DNA of 64,000 nt from Marsupella aquatica (taxonomy: Eukaryota; Plantae; Marchantiophyta), in contig OZ316896.1 in the NCBI GenBank assembly GCA_973895155.1, positions 5,213,925-5,277,924 on the forward strand, written 5' to 3'. A program made the translations under genes and the position numbers. Under the pieces are notes generated by a model that had not been told where the DNA came from, ran no database searches, and worked only from the letters and a program-made list of their open reading frames with translations. Below are positions 13,270-27,166 of the stretch, piece after piece. Numbering within the stretch: position 1 is the stretch's first letter; each line of letters starts with the position of its first letter.

Positions 13270-16200
13270 TGGTCCATCGCCTTCCCTTTCTTTTCACATG
13301 CCTTGGTTGGGCCTTTTGTCGCTTCTTGATGCGTTTTTGCTTTTATCAGGTTGTGGCCCGTCATGTCTGCGTTGAGAGTGTTGGCGCGGGGCAAGCGCCC
13401 AGCCCCACCACACAATTCTCCCCCATCCTCCCCCCCCTCATGGCCGTCTTCGCATTTGCTCTTCTTCACTGGATCTCTCTCATCTTCATGATGACCCCAT
13501 GCCCGATGCTCTGCCAGTCCCCCCCAGTCTACTACCCACCCCATCGTCGCCCTGGCTCCTCTCCCCACCCCATTCCCCCTGCACCCATTTACCATCCTCC
13601 TCCGGCCTCCTCATCCACATCTGTTCCACCCCCACCTCCTGTCCAGTCTTTCTCTGCTCCCTCCCCGGATGAGCGTCCCCTGCATACTTGTCCTGACTGT
13701 GGATGGGTGGGCATCTCCCTCCTTCATCATCGCGGGCGGGGGCGGTGCCATCGTCGCCAGCAAGCACAATCCCAGCCCCAGCCCCCTATTGACCCTGTTA
13801 GCTCTGCCCCTCCCTCCTTGGAGGCTCCCAAGCAGGCATGGAGTTGGGTTCGCACTCTAGACCCCCTTCCAGCCTACCATCCAGGGTACATTAGACCTCG
13901 CCTTTATAACCACATTCCTCTCGCGCTGCGCCCTTTAGTTCGGTCCTCCTTGTTGCAACTCATGTAGCTTATCTTGGCGCATCCTATGGAGGTCTCCTAC
14001 TGGTCTTTACTGATGCTTTTTCCATAGTGGACTCTTACCCTCTCTAGTCATGGTGATCGTGTGGGTCACCGTGAGACTGCCTCTCGTATCCATCATTTTT
14101 TGCGGGGGAGATTGGGAGTAGCTTCAGGAAGAGTACTTTCTTCGCGTCCGATCTTTTACCACCCGTGCTTTGTCTGACCCAGCTCGCCACTCTCATCCTC
14201 CTGAGCATAGACGTCTTCATTGCTCTTGTTGTTTAGCCCGGGGTTTAGCCCAGGCTGGTGAATATAGTCGGGTTGTCCGGACCCTTTCTTCCACCACACC
14301 AGCCCCCCCTGGCGAGGTCATCTCGACGGCCCTTCAGGATCTCCATCCGCAGCCCCATGATCAGCTCCCTTTGTTCGTAGAGAATTTTGAGCCTGAGGAG
14401 GATCTTCAATTTAGTAGGGACCACTTTACCTATGCCTTCCTCCATGCCCCGCGTTGTGCTGCTGGTGGACCCTACGGCCATGTCTTTGAGCATTTTTGTG
14501 ATTTATTCCCCCCTGAGGATCCTTAGTCTAGTTTTCTTCTCCTTTTGCTAGTGTATTGCAGCCGGCCGTTTGCCTCCCCCCATCTCTCGGCTCTTGAGTG
14601 CTTCTTGTTTATTGGCCATGGCTAAGTCTTCATCGGGTGTTCGGCCAATTGCGATTGGGGAGGTTTTTCTTCGTCTGGTGTCTCGCACACTTTCCTCGCA
14701 GTTTTGCTCTGCACTATCGGATCATCTCTCTCCACATCAGTTTGCAGTGGACGTTCCTAGCGGTTGTGAGACAGTTATTGCGAGCATTCGAGCTACCTTG
14801 GACCTCCACCCTGATTGGGTTGTCCTCCAGGTTGATGTCTCTAACGCTTTTAATACGGTTTCTCGGGCAGCCATTTTTCATGCTTTGAGGGCGGCGGATC
14901 TAGACATCCAGTCCCTGATCCCCTTTTTCTGTTGTTTTTATGGACTTGAGGCTCCACTCTTCTATAGTCATCACTCCTCTACAGGAGTTTATACCACTCT
15001 TTCTTCTGCAGAAGGTACACGTCAGGGTGACCCTTTGGGTGGGTCTCTTTTTGCCATTGCCCATTTTACAGCTTTACGGGAAGCCGCCATGGCCCACCCC
15101 CAATGTATCTTTCCCTTCCTTTCAAATGACACCCACATCATTGGTCCTCCTATCGCGGTTACTTTTGCCCTCGCCACTCTTTCCACCCATTTGATGGGCC
15201 TCGGTTTACGGGTTCAGCCTGTGAAGAGTCGTGCATGGAGTCTAGCTGGGTTACCCTCTGATCTTGCGCTTCCCCCAGGATTCTTACGTCCAGCCGATGG
15301 TCTTCAGGTCCTTGGCTCTCCAATCGGTACCGCCTCCTTTTGCTCATCTTTCATCGTTGACGCTCTACAGGCTGCCTTAGCCCCTACTCCTATGCTCCCT
15401 AAGTTAGCAGATTCTCATGCAGCATTTGGGATGTTGTTGAGGGGCATCCACCCTCGTGCGTCTTATCTGGCTAGGATGCATCCCCCTACCGAGGATCTTT
15501 GTCTCCACCTTCGAGCATTTGATGTCTCCATTCGTGAGACTCTGGCCTCTCTTTTAGGGCCGGGTACGTTGCTCTCATCGACAACTCGGTCTTCCTATTT
15601 CGCAGGGTGGTTTTGGTCTTACTTCCATTGAGAGCCTTGCACCTTTGGCCTTTTTGGGTGCGTGGGCGGCCACCTTCTCATTGTTGGCCAATCGTTTCCT
15701 TACTGAGGATCGCCCTTTTTTACTTTCATCTCTCATGGAGGTAGAGGAGGGTTCCCTCCCGTTTCAGGTTCATTTACGTGCGGTGCAATCATCATTACCA
15801 GATCCTGTTTGCGCTGCGTTACCTTCTTTTCAAGAGTTTTTATCCTTGGATCCTGTCCGTCTTCAGGCAGACCTCATTGGGCGTATGCACGCTTTCACCC
15901 TTTCCGAGCATCCTGTCTGAGGCAACTGACACAGACCGAGCTCAGATTCTTTCTTCTGGAGGGAAGGGCGCAGGAGGATGGCTTCAGGCCAATCCAGTCA
16001 TTCCTCATTTGCGGATGTCTTCAGCGGAGTTCTCCACAGCCATGCGTCTTCGTATGGGGCTGCCCCACCCACTTCTTGCAGGTTTACCTCCTTCTTGCAC
16101 TTGTGGGAAGCCTTGTGATGCCACAGGTGTCCATCTTCTTCGGTGCAGTTTGGGAGGTGAAACCATTATTGTTCACGACGCTGTGCAAGATGCGACTACT

Positions 16201-16977
16201 CAGGTTCTCTCTGGCTCTTTGGTATGCGTGCGGTGGGAGGTGGTACTCGAGTTACTTGGTCCTCCATCACAGCGGTTACAGGTGGATCTTACCATGGTCC
16301 GTGAGGGTCAACGTACTTTGGCAGATGTAGTGGTGGCAAACCCATTGCGCCAAGACATCCTTGGGACAGCGGCAACAACGGCAGGGGCAGCAGCATCACG
16401 TGCGACAACAACAAAGGAGGCCAAATATGTTGCACGAGCTTCATCCGACAGCTTCCTCCCCCTTGCTCTGGAGCTATTTGGGCGTCTTCATCCTCAGTTT
16501 GATGGGCTTCTTCGGCAAGCTGCCCTGGATGTTCATGGTCGAATGGGTCCCACGGACCCCCGCTATCTGTTTTGACCACGCACTTTCGCCAACGCATTTC
16601 AGTCACCTTACAACGTGCTCAAGCTTGGGCCATCTATCGTCGATCTCTTACAGTGGGTGCTAGTGTGCCTTCGCAGCGGCTCGCTCCCCTAGAGGATGTT
16701 CCAATCCCACTTGCCGATCTAGTTTTGACCCTTGATGTGGACATTAGCTTTTTGCCAGATTTGCTAGGAATGATGAGGACCTCGATCCGTTTGGGTTAGT
16801 TTTAGTCTCTCTTTCTTGGTTTTTAGGGGTTCCCTATAGCTCATTTCTTACTTTTAGTTCCTCTTTTTTGGTGTTTAGAGGTTCCCTTTTGTTCACTTCT
16901 TTTACGTTTGGTTTTGTCCACTTGGACCCTCTTTTGTTTGTTCTTTTGTACTGTGTTTGTTCCCTTTCTATAAAAAA
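13270..16977 (+). mobile_element. decayed CRE-like non-LTR retrotransposon (RT plus restriction-like endonuclease)
   Basis: RT motifs RPIAIGEVFLRL, QVDVSNAFN, GTRQGDPLG, FLSNDTHI. C-terminal CTCG..H..C/HD, LADV and KEAKY..FLPLALELFGR. Several stops and frameshifts. T-rich 3' UTR ending tataaaaaa. Confidence 0.85.
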
Positions 16978-17333
16978 TGTGTATATATTCTCATCGTATC
17001 GGTAGGCATCATGTTGAAATGTTTGTTACTCACACCCCTTGGTGTCCATCACACGCTTGGGAAAAGATAGCTTAGGGTCTAGGTATCTAGTGTATGACAA
17101 ATGAGTGTAATATAAAGTCCCAAAATTACAAATGATGCACCTTGTCTAAAGCAATTGAAAAAAAAGACATATCAAAATCTCAATAAGACAAAGTAACCTG
17201 AGTAGGCTCCCAAACAAGGTAACACAAACTATAAAACATTAAATCTTTCCTCCACTCTCTTTTTAAAAATATAATAGAAAAGCACTACACAATGATTTCT
17301 TCCAACCAAGCTGAGTTGTTGACAGGACATAGT

Positions 17334-18075
17334 GTTTTAACAAAGCTAAGGGGGATGTGATGGGGACCTGCCTTTCACCCTTAAAACTCCAACCAGGCCA
17401 ATGGAAACCCACATGATGGTACTCACTGTCTACTTACTAGTAACGCCTCGTCCATTCAGGCTAGCGTTAGAAATTCTCAAAGATGGCTCTGATCTTCACC
17501 CTTCCAGCTTTCTCAGATCTTAGGCTGACCATTGGATCTTACAAAGAGGGTCTTGACAAGGTCTTCTATTTACTCAGTTTTTTAACAAAGCTAAGGGGGA
17601 TGTGATGGGGACCTGCCTTTCACCCTTAATTAAACTCCAACCAGCCCAATGGAAAACCACACAATGGTACTCACTGTCGACTTACTTGTAACGCTAGTCC
17701 ATACAGACTAGCGTTAGAAATCCTCAAAGATGGCTCTGATCTTCACCCTTCCAGCTTTCTCAGATCTTAGGCAGACCGTTGGATCTTACAAACAGGGTCT
17801 TGACAAGGTCTTCTGCTCACTCAGTATTTTAACAAAGCGAAGGGGCATCTGATGGGGACCTGCCTTTAATTAAACTCCAACCAGCCGAATGGAAACCCAC
17901 ATAATGGTACTCACTGTCCACTTACTTGCCTACTTACTAGTAACGCTCGTCCATTCAGGCTAGCGTTAGAAATCCACAAAGATGGCTCTGATCTTCACCC
18001 TTCCAGCCTTCTCAGATCTTAGGCCGACCGTTGGATCTAACAAACAGGGTCTTGACAAGGTCTTCTGTTTACTCC
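17334..18075. repeat. three tandem ~245-bp copies
   Basis: ttttaacaaagc..ggggacctgcc..aagatggctctgatcttcacccttccagc..agggtcttgacaaggtcttct repeated three times. Confidence 0.92.
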
Positions 18076-18285
18076 AGGGTCCACCACGAAACCGTGTTGA
18101 CCGCAGTCCGCAGTACTGTCCCGGTACCTCACTTCGTCGTCCACGTAACGCAGTACGCAGTAAAGTTCCGCCGCACTTCGATCCAGAGGCAGTCCTATTC
18201 TCAACGCTGTTCAATAACTCAATTGCTTCCCCTCTTGGCCCCATCGCCAGGTCAAACTGCCCAGCTCTTCAATCGATGCTCGTCG

Positions 18286-18650
18286 TCCGATTCAAGTCCT
18301 CAATTCCCGCCTCGCACTCCGCACAACGCTCACCATATAGTGCTGCAGCTCCGCTCGCTCTGGATATAATTATCAGCGCTCAGTGTGGAGTGAATCGATC
18401 CATCTAGTCATCCAGAGCTGTTTCTCGCTCATCTCCCCTCTCGGACAACTCACTGAACGAACTCGAGGAGGGCCATAGATCATCGGATTCAAGTCCTCGA
18501 CTCCCGCCTCGCAATCTTCGCAACGCTCAGTGTTTAGTGCTGCAGCTCCTCCTGCTCTGGATATAATTATCAGCACTCATTGGAGTGAATCGATCCACCC
18601 AGAGCTGTTTCTCGCTCGTCTCCCCTCCTCGGAAAACTGATTGGACGAAT
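18286..18650. repeat. ~196-bp tandem duplication in the CpG-rich leader of the 19.1-kb gene
   Basis: gattcaagtcctc..tagtgctgcagctcc..ctctggatataattatcagc..ggagtgaatcgatcca..cagagctgtttctcgctc occurs twice. Confidence 0.8.
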
Positions 18651-19116
18651 TCGGGGCCTTCAACAGAAAGGATTTCGCCGGATTGGATTCCTATCGGAGG
18701 TGGCAGGAATTCTGTCTCACTTCCGCTCGCTTTCCACTCAACTGCCGCGTTGTTGGCTTCAAATCCGGGAGCTGTTGTCTTCGGATTCGTTTCTCATCAG
18801 CTCTATCTTCTGCCGCACAAGAGGATTGATTGAAACCATTTTTGAGGCCTTTCTCAGTACATTGATTCCATTTCTGTCGCAAGCGGCAGGGATCGTGATC
18901 ATTCGGTGTCCGTGCATTTGAATTCCGTGTGTCTTGATTGGCATTTCTTGCTTGTAGTGCCATTTCGCCGATCCATCCGTTTCTTTCGTCCGACATTGTC
19001 CACGGTCTCGCGAACATCATCCGAGCCGAGTCGAAGGGAAGGTTGTTTATTCCTTTCCCCCATTCCTTGCTGGAAAGGAGGAGGCGAGAGGAACCATCGG
19101 AGGGAACTTGACTAAT

Positions 19117-19650
19117 ATGTCGACGTTTCTGCAGTCGATCACGAGCCCTAGCGTCCATTACAGCCACCACAGCATGGACAACATGGACGTCAGCGCCTCC
19201 ATTCTGAGCCGACGCAGAGGATATGGGAAATTGGGGCCAGATGGAACGTACGAGGCGCCCACCCCTTCCGTCGTTTTTCGAGTTCCAAGAAAACTTCGCA
19301 TCCTGAAGTTGGGCAGTCGCAAGGCGGGAGCAGGCAATAGCAAGGGCCAAATGGGGACATCAGGCGAAGGGCCTTCGAAGACCTTTTTGGGACGTTTCAA
19401 ACTAGCGTACGAGAGGATGATGCTCAAGGCTGCTTCGAGGAGCGGAGAGATCAGTGTAATTCCTGTCGCCCAGGCTTCCAGAGCGCCCCCGGCTCTGTCA
19501 TCGGTCGTCAGTACTTATCCTGTTTGGTCAGCTTTCGGTTCACGGAAGGGCAGTAAGGTCTCGGAGCTCGATCCCGGCTTCAAGCTCAATTCTGTGGAGA
19601 AGAAGTACTTGGAACATCTCAAGAGGACTGCTTCCTCTGGGAGGCATTAA
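19117..19650 (+). CDS. uncharacterised plant-specific basic protein (177 aa), intronless
   Basis: Open ORF with RRRGYGKL, FLGRFKLAYERMML and VEKKYLEHL. Resembles the plant RRRxYxRL / LRDAYxxMML family (PTHR33702-like, from memory). Confidence 0.75.
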   Translation: MSTFLQSITSPSVHYSHHSMDNMDVSASILSRRRGYGKLGPDGTYEAPTPSVVFRVPRKLRILKLGSRKAGAGNSKGQMGTSGEGPSKTFLGRFKLAYERMMLKAASRSGEISVIPVAQASRAPPALSSVVSTYPVWSAFGSRKGSKVSELDPGFKLNSVEKKYLEHLKRTASSGRH

Positions 19651-20473
19651 CGCAATAAATCGCTGTGGATGCATATATGTATCATCACCATCATCCGTTT
19701 CATCGTACCTTCTCAGGGTGCAAGAGCACACCCGCATCTATTGAACCATGGCTCAGTTTTGGCGTGAAAGAATATATTCTGCTGCGCGACCTTTCTGAAA
19801 AGTTCTATTCGATCAAAAGAGAACCGTAAGACTGCCGCCCCAGAGAAAGAGCGCAGCCTCAGAAGAATCGTGCACTGGCGAGAAATCCAACTGTGAATTG
19901 TGGTGTGGCAGTGCAAGGTCGCGAAATGACTTGGTCTGGGAACTCCAGGTACGACATGATTGTACAGACAGGATTACACGGGCGGCCGTAGTGCCTGGAC
20001 CAAGATGAATCAAACGAGGGCATGTCGGACCCACGTTCAAAGAGTCAGAGGGTACGGAATTGCGGACACAGAGCATTCCTGGCCGAGTAAAGTGTCAGAT
20101 TCAAGCGCAAGAGAGGGCTGTACATTGCAGCAGTTTAGAGGGCAGAGACTAGTTTATCATTTATCATTGTGCCGAAAGCGTTGGATGATCATGTTGTAAT
20201 ATTTTTTTGAGGACTCGGACTTTATAAACTTCGTCTCATCGCCCCCTTCACTTCGAAACTGAGTGCCTTTGGTGTAGACACGGAAGTCTGAGCTCTCCAC
20301 TTCATCCTATGCTACTCTTTTTTAACATCACTTATTGACCAATGCTATGCTACCGTGCGCTGGTCTAGGCTTGAAATGGTGGACCTCTGCCTGTTGGCGA
20401 AATGGCATCTCGTGGACTGCCAATTGGAATGTCGTGTGGGTTGTGGTCAGGTGTTCCAGCAGGACAGAAGTCC

Positions 20474-20689
20474 TGTGCAGGATGAATCAATTGTTTAGGC
20501 CATATTCGTTACTCAAATGATATAAATGGGTGACCTCTGGACTCGGAGATCATTTTCAAGGAAACCAAATACTCTTGTGCAGGATGAATCAATTGTTTAG
20601 GCCATATTCGATACTCAAATGATATAAATGGGTGACCTCTGGAGTCGGAGATCATTTTCAAGGAAACCAAAAACTCTTGTGCAGGATGA
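20474..20689. repeat. 102-bp tandem duplication
   Basis: tgtgcaggatga at 20474, 20576 and 20678. Confidence 0.9.
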
Positions 20690-21040
20690 TTCTAGTCTTC
20701 GACCACATTTGGTTCCTACAATGAAATGGATGTATGAACACTGGTGCTCGAGCGCATGTCTTGCTGGTTATGGAAGGACCACCATCTCTTGACGAGCCCG
20801 TCTGTGTAATTGAATGTGAAGCGGTCGTTCTGGTACAGTAGGAGGTGTACTGATCAATTGAGCAGATTCCTCGACTTATGAGTAGAGGAAATGAGACCTC
20901 CAGAAGGAACACAAATTTTACTTCTATACACAATAATTACTACACTTAAGAGTCTTGGTTTGTACCACATTCATACCATACACTGTAGATAAATAAATGG
21001 CAGATTGAGTTTCATCAAATATCTTGCGCTTTGACACAGT

Positions 21041-21155
21041 TCCGATCGCTGATTTAATGCTGAAAGAGGCAGGACAACAGCAGGTTGCATTTCCAGGTCC
21101 GATCGCTGATTTAATGCTGAAAGAGGCAGGACAACAGCAGGTTGCATTTCCAGGT
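21041..21155. repeat. perfect 57-bp tandem duplication
   Basis: tccgatcgctgatttaatgctgaaagaggcaggacaacagcaggttgcatttccagg twice. Confidence 0.95.
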
Positions 21156-22972
21156 ATCCCAAAAACCACAGGATTAGTCCCAAAGCAAAACAGACTCTTG
21201 ACTTTGTGAGACCTTGAAAGACTTGAAAATTTGCTTGCTAATGCCAGTTTCCTGTTAATTGCACATCAAAATATAACAATATAGGTGGTGTTCCAATAAT
21301 TGTACATCAAAATGTAGGAGTAATGTTACCATAATGGTAATTGCACATCAAAATATAACAATATAGGTGTAGTGTTCCAATAATTGTACATCAAAATGTA
21401 AGAATGGAGGAATAATGTTCCCATAATTGCAGATCGAAAGGTGACAATGAGGTTTACTATGTCACTCCATGACAAATCTACAGTAGTTCTTTTAGGTTTA
21501 CTATTTCACTCCATCCCATGATAAATCCAGAAGGGTATCAATTGCAGATCCAAATGTGACAAGCAGTTGAATTATCACTCATCCTGTGATAAACTCAATT
21601 CTTTTATTTAAGTCACCTACAAGTATTCTGAATACATAAATAAATGTTCATACCATAATAAACTCAATTCTATTGTTTCAATCACTGATTGGTATTCTAA
21701 ATACATAAAATGTCACCGTGAAAGTGCATTATATCACTCATATGAAGACAAAACTAATTTTTCTGTTTACACACTGAGTGGTATTTTAAATAGTACTTGA
21801 GTGTACTGTACATTGTGCAATTACCTGGACGCCTTTTAAGTGACTTCTAAACACAGTTTTGAGACAATGGTGACTGCGTACTGAGCTTCGGTCGGTGACC
21901 TGGGATTGGACATTGTCTTCTGAAATGGCCACGTGAGAACCAGTCCACGACAGTATTGATAACTCTTGATGACCTGCCATAGATATTCATTAGCTCACGA
22001 AGGATCGAGAGATTCCAGCCTTAATAAACCGCCAAAATGATACTGCCGTTTTTGCCACTGACGAGAAATGTTCGTTGTCGTATGTTTGATCTGCTTTCAC
22101 TCAATGACAACTAACACAATTAGATCCACTTTTGAACAAATCAATCCAACTGACGACAGCATATTTCTTTATTATCCTGTACTACTGCCTTCCCCAAAAA
22201 AGCAGCGCCCAGTCCACTCTAGTGATAAACCATCAACAAAACTTATCACTAGGAAGAATATTACATTTTGGAAGGGCATCGCTTTTGAACAAAACGTGAA
22301 CAAAACTTACTGTAGTGCCTAAAGGCAATCAGGTCCCAGGCAGGTGGTTTTAGAGTCTGTAGACAAATTTCACTTTTAACCCTCCTTCACACTCCTGAGT
22401 TCTACTAGGGTTTTCAGTTCTTCACTCAGTAGAGTGTTAGTCTTCTCAACCACTTTGTTGGCTCTTTGTTTTTGACTTTGTTTATTTGTTGTTGTGGGGA
22501 ACTCCTTGGTTTGTTGGACCTCTTTGGTCTTCTTCGGCCTTTTCTCCTTTCTGCCCCCCCCCCCCCCTAATTGGGCAGCTCTGCCATTGAGACCTTATCG
22601 CCCAGTTTGGTGCCCTTTGGCGCTGTGATATACATTACTTAGGTTGCTCTGGACAACTTTAAGCAACCTTCCCCCAATGGTATTAAAAAAACTTTTAGGA
22701 CTATTGCATGTACATAAATGAGCAAAATAATTTCTTTACACTAATGAAGTTATGAGTATCCCAAAAAAGAAAATAAGGCAACTTGTCTATCACAACACTG
22801 GTAATAACTTACTAACCCATGTGCCACACTTCCATACCATTGCATGATAGTGACATTGTCTTGGGTCGCGAGGACAGGTACAGAGGTTGGTCTTCCCTTA
22901 GCGTTAATTATTCCTCTGGCCCTTAAGTTGTCTAGTATCCGCGAAAGCCATGCTTGTAGTGGTTCCTTCTCA

Positions 22973-23265
22973 AAAAGATTCTATCTTAAGAAGAATAATT
23001 AATCATTTCTTTTTGGAGTTGGGATGAATGCTTATGAATCACCTTAAAGCATAAATAGAGTAGTTTTGGGTGACTGGTGCCCTCTCCTCACTGTTGATGG
23101 CCTTACAAAATATTTGTTCCACTTTTATCCTCATATATCATTTTTCTAGAACATAAATTCTAGATTCTAAAATATTATAAATATTTTTCAACAAGGTGAT
23201 GGGCCTTTCACGTTTCTCTTATAATAATTTTAGTTAGTGACTCAAACCCATAAACTTAGGAAACA
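22973..23265. repeat. dispersed repeat, copy 2 (homologous to 12947-13269)
   Basis: Same block order, ending ccataaacttaggaaaca. Confidence 0.75.
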
Positions 23266-25437
23266 ACTCTTTACAATCAAAACGGGAGGGGTTGGCATTA
23301 TCTTGAACTGTTTGTTTAACGCACCGGCATTTTTCGCGCAACAACATCTTTTTCACAATATGTTTCAATCTCACAAATGGCATCGTTAACACACCGGCAT
23401 CTTTGGCGTAACTACAACTTTTTCATAACATCTTTCACAAATGATATTTTTTGCACATTGTCATCTTTCCCACAAACATACTTATGACAATGAAATATTT
23501 GTGCAATATCTATTTTGGAAACCACATCTTCATGGGATCAACATATTTCTCGCAAGATCGTCTTTTTTGCACACTATCTCTTTTGCGCAACAACATCTCT
23601 TATACAATGCCATCTCTTGTGCAACTTCTTTTTTGCAAACAAAATCTTTTGCGCATTGACAACTTTTGCGCAATGATATCTTTTGTGCACTGCACATGCA
23701 TTGAGCTAGTTTAATATGATTTAAATATAATGATGAACAAAACATTTTCTAACAAAAGGTCCAAAATATTGAAAAATAAACATGGACCAAAAGAGGGGTC
23801 TAGAAGAGAAAATGAGAACAATTAGAGAAGGGAGAAACAATTTAAAGTCCAATGATACAAAAGATGTACCTTGTCTAAGGCAAATATAAATACTAAATCT
23901 TAATCAGACAAAGTAACCTGAGTGGGCTCCTGAATGAGGTACGTAACACCATAGCGTGCCTAAAAACTATGGCTTTAGCTTGAGTTACGAGGAACTATTA
24001 TTACACACAAATGCTATGCTAATATGACAAACGAAAGACTTGATATGGAGCCTAGAGGAAACAAACCCTTTTCTTTTGAACAGACTCATTGGACCCCAAG
24101 TATTTGTCATCTTTTTGTATCACTTGCCACAACCTCCAATCCTCTCCCTGAATAAGCTGTCAATGCACATCCTTGACACCAGTATGGTTATGGTGCTCCA
24201 TAGGGAACCAGGCTGCTATTGCTTTGTCCTTAGTTGCTGTCACTCACATCGTGTTGTAGCCTCAAGCAATGTGAAGGGTGCCCCATGTCATCTAAAGGGC
24301 ACTGTGGTAAAGGGTCCCTCTTACCCTTCCCATCCTTATTTGTAAGGTTGCCTTATGCAAAGTGAATATTGTGACGCCTCTAGAAATCAGAATGAACTCA
24401 AATTTTTGTTGGAACTCTAGGCAACTAGGACACACTCCAAGGATGCACTATAAGTTATATGTCTATTGTTATAAAAACATTCCTTGCTTATGGTTTATAG
24501 GTCAATAGGTGTCACCTGGGCGGAGAACTCCTACATAAATAGAGACTCCTTGAAATTGAGCCTAAAAGTAAAAAGGTACAAAGTTGACTTACTTAGCTTT
24601 CAATCACAAAATAATGCACCTACAAAGTACAGAGCTGACTTGTGTATTCAAGTTAAAAGTATTTGTCTTTCAACCAAGACTATTGTACATCTCTTCACTT
24701 TAATGAGATATATATTTTTATTTACTTTCTATCATTGTTTCAATATTTTTTAATCTACTTCTATAATATGGAATCTCGCCTATTTCTAGGGTTCGTGTGC
24801 TTACGAACATCTGTAAAGGCGGGAACGAATCCAGATTGTCCATTGAAGAGAAGATTTTTAATGACCATTAGATGACACCAAAATCATCCAAGTGTCTCCC
24901 CTCATTTCTATCTCATATGCAAAGGTAAGTAAGGCCAAGGTACATCTGACCACTTTACATGCTCTAATTATACTTGGTAACAATTGTACTCGAAGGTACA
25001 ATGATTATGGAGCTAATTAGAGTGTACTTTTTGGTTTCTCATCATGGAGGTTATATTGGAGTATAATTAGTACACTCCCAAAAAAATACTGCAATACCCA
25101 CAGGGATAGAGAGAAATTGGCACATGGAGAGTTTAATAAGTGAGAAAAGTAAGAAGAGATGAGGAAAGGAGACTAAAAACAAGAGTGAATGTTCTCTTCT
25201 CAACATCTTCTATCACCTCAATATCTTTTGCTCACCTCAATATATTTTCTCTCATTGACATTTTTTATCATCTCGGCATCTTTTCTCTTCTCGACATCTT
25301 TTATCACCTTGACATCTTTTGTGCACCGCACAAGCATCGGGCTATATGACATAATAGGTTGTGTTTCATAACTAGAGTAGTTACATTCTCCCATAATCTG
25401 CATAAGGAAGACTAGACTTTAATATGAATAAGTTAAA

Positions 25438-26059
25438 ACAACTTTTTACTATCTTGTCCCCCAAACTGAGCTAAATTAGCAACCTACCCCCAAAATTATT
25501 TAAATTGCTAGGTTGCCCCCCATATTGTATATATGGGTTACATCAACCATTTTTGTTTAACCTGAGGTGGTTTCTCATTGGTGGACTAACACGTAGCAAG
25601 GTGCTATTGGCTTCGCCTTACCCTGGTTGAGTTTACCCTCACCTGGCTACCCTGTTCAATTTTTTGAACAAACCCTGCATTGGACAGGGCTGGCCCCTCC
25701 CCAACACAAGTTCCAATCCCAACCCGGACGACCTGGCTAGCTGGGTGCTGTTATTTTTCTCCAAAATGGGGTCCCACACTCAATAGGGTCTTGTTGATCC
25801 TTTGGTCCTGATGATTCACCTACTCCCACTTTTTTGAAGGAAAGAGGCCCCGAACATATACATATTTTCCATGTGTAAAACAAACCCACATTCGGGCCTT
25901 CTGCCTGATTTGAGCTGGGTCATTGGGATTGATACCTAGAGTTAACTAAAAGGCTTAAAGTAACTCATATATATAGTATGGGGGGCGACCTATCAATTAA
26001 AATATTGGAGTAGGTCAATAATGTAGCTCAGTTTGGGGGACAATATAGGAAAAAATTGT
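25438..26059. mobile_element. non-autonomous DNA transposon (MITE, Mutator-like long TIRs of ~100 bp)
   Basis: 25438-25541 is the inverted copy of 25960-26059 (ttgtcccccaaactgagcta / tagctcagtttgggggacaa). TSD not evident. Confidence 0.8.
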
Positions 26060-26567
26060 AAACTAAGATAGACATGTTTTAAAACGGGCCAGTTTGATCA
26101 CTTTTCATGTGTTCAAGCAGGTATTAAAGCATAATGTCCAGGAATGTCACATACAAACATTTGATTTAATGTGAAAGCGCACCCCCTTATGTCTCAGCTT
26201 TGACAGTTCCTCCATCCTCCATCCATGTGCCAATGAACACTTAAAGAACGAAAGGGCTCGCTGATTGCACCTATAGCCACCCTCTCACACTCTATCTCTT
26301 CCTCTCATGTCATTTGTTAAAGAGTTGTGAGCCGGTAAAGTGAACACTGATCATAGGCTATGTATTTCTATCCATGATAAAAGGATGTCATTGCGCAAAT
26401 GATGTCAATGCAAAATATGTTGCCCAATTAAAAGATGTCTTTATTACTGGTGTTTTACCAGCTCTCCCTATTTCTTCCTCCTACTCGGGGAGACCAGCTC
26501 TCATGTAATGTGCTCCACTCGGCTCCCTTTTACTCGAGCCAGTCGAGTAAAGGGCAGAGCCTGGTCA

Positions 26568-26684
26568 GGCATGCTACATTCCAGTAACCTCCTTATACCT
26601 GGGGGTTATTATATTAAAACTGCACCCTTGGGAAGGTCATGCTGTAGCCCTCCCCTATATTGGACGGTGGGGGTGCTCTTATTC
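26568..26684. repeat. ~118-bp direct repeat, copy 1 (copy 2 at 29457-29575)
   Basis: gctacattcca.taacctccttatacct..cacccttgggaaggtcatgct.tagccctcccctata.tggacggtggggg shared. Confidence 0.92.
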
Positions 26685-27166
26685 GTTAAGGGTTGTGGGG
26701 TTTTTCTAATGCCTCTTGGCTTAGCGGAGCTTGCCATGTACGCAGCTTTATATGTCATTATTTGTGGTCATATTTGGGGTGTATTTTAAACACGACATTT
26801 ATCGATACAGATTTTCCAAAAACAGAAATACTTCAATAAGGGGAAATCCCACAGAGGGGGATAAGACTTTATTAAAATGTAAAGTAAAATTTACAAATAC
26901 TCTACAAAGTCAAAAAATGAATCCCCCAGAAGGAGTTCTCGACAACAATTAGTTGTCGAAAGAATGTTCGTCTATACTGGCAGAAATCTAGGGTCTGGTG
27001 TAATCTATCATATGGAAGTTCTGGTCACTATAACTATCTACATCCTATTAGTGCTAACTCTATAATGCCTCAAAAGGCAAATATGTGCCTTGTTTAATGT
27101 CTATATGCCTCATAGGCCAATATGTGCCTTGTTTAATCTCTATATGCCTCATAGGCTAACATGTGA

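Noticed and set aside
24040-24345. Second CRE fragment on the minus strand
   Set aside because: Only a faint GxDW-like similarity; too decayed to support.
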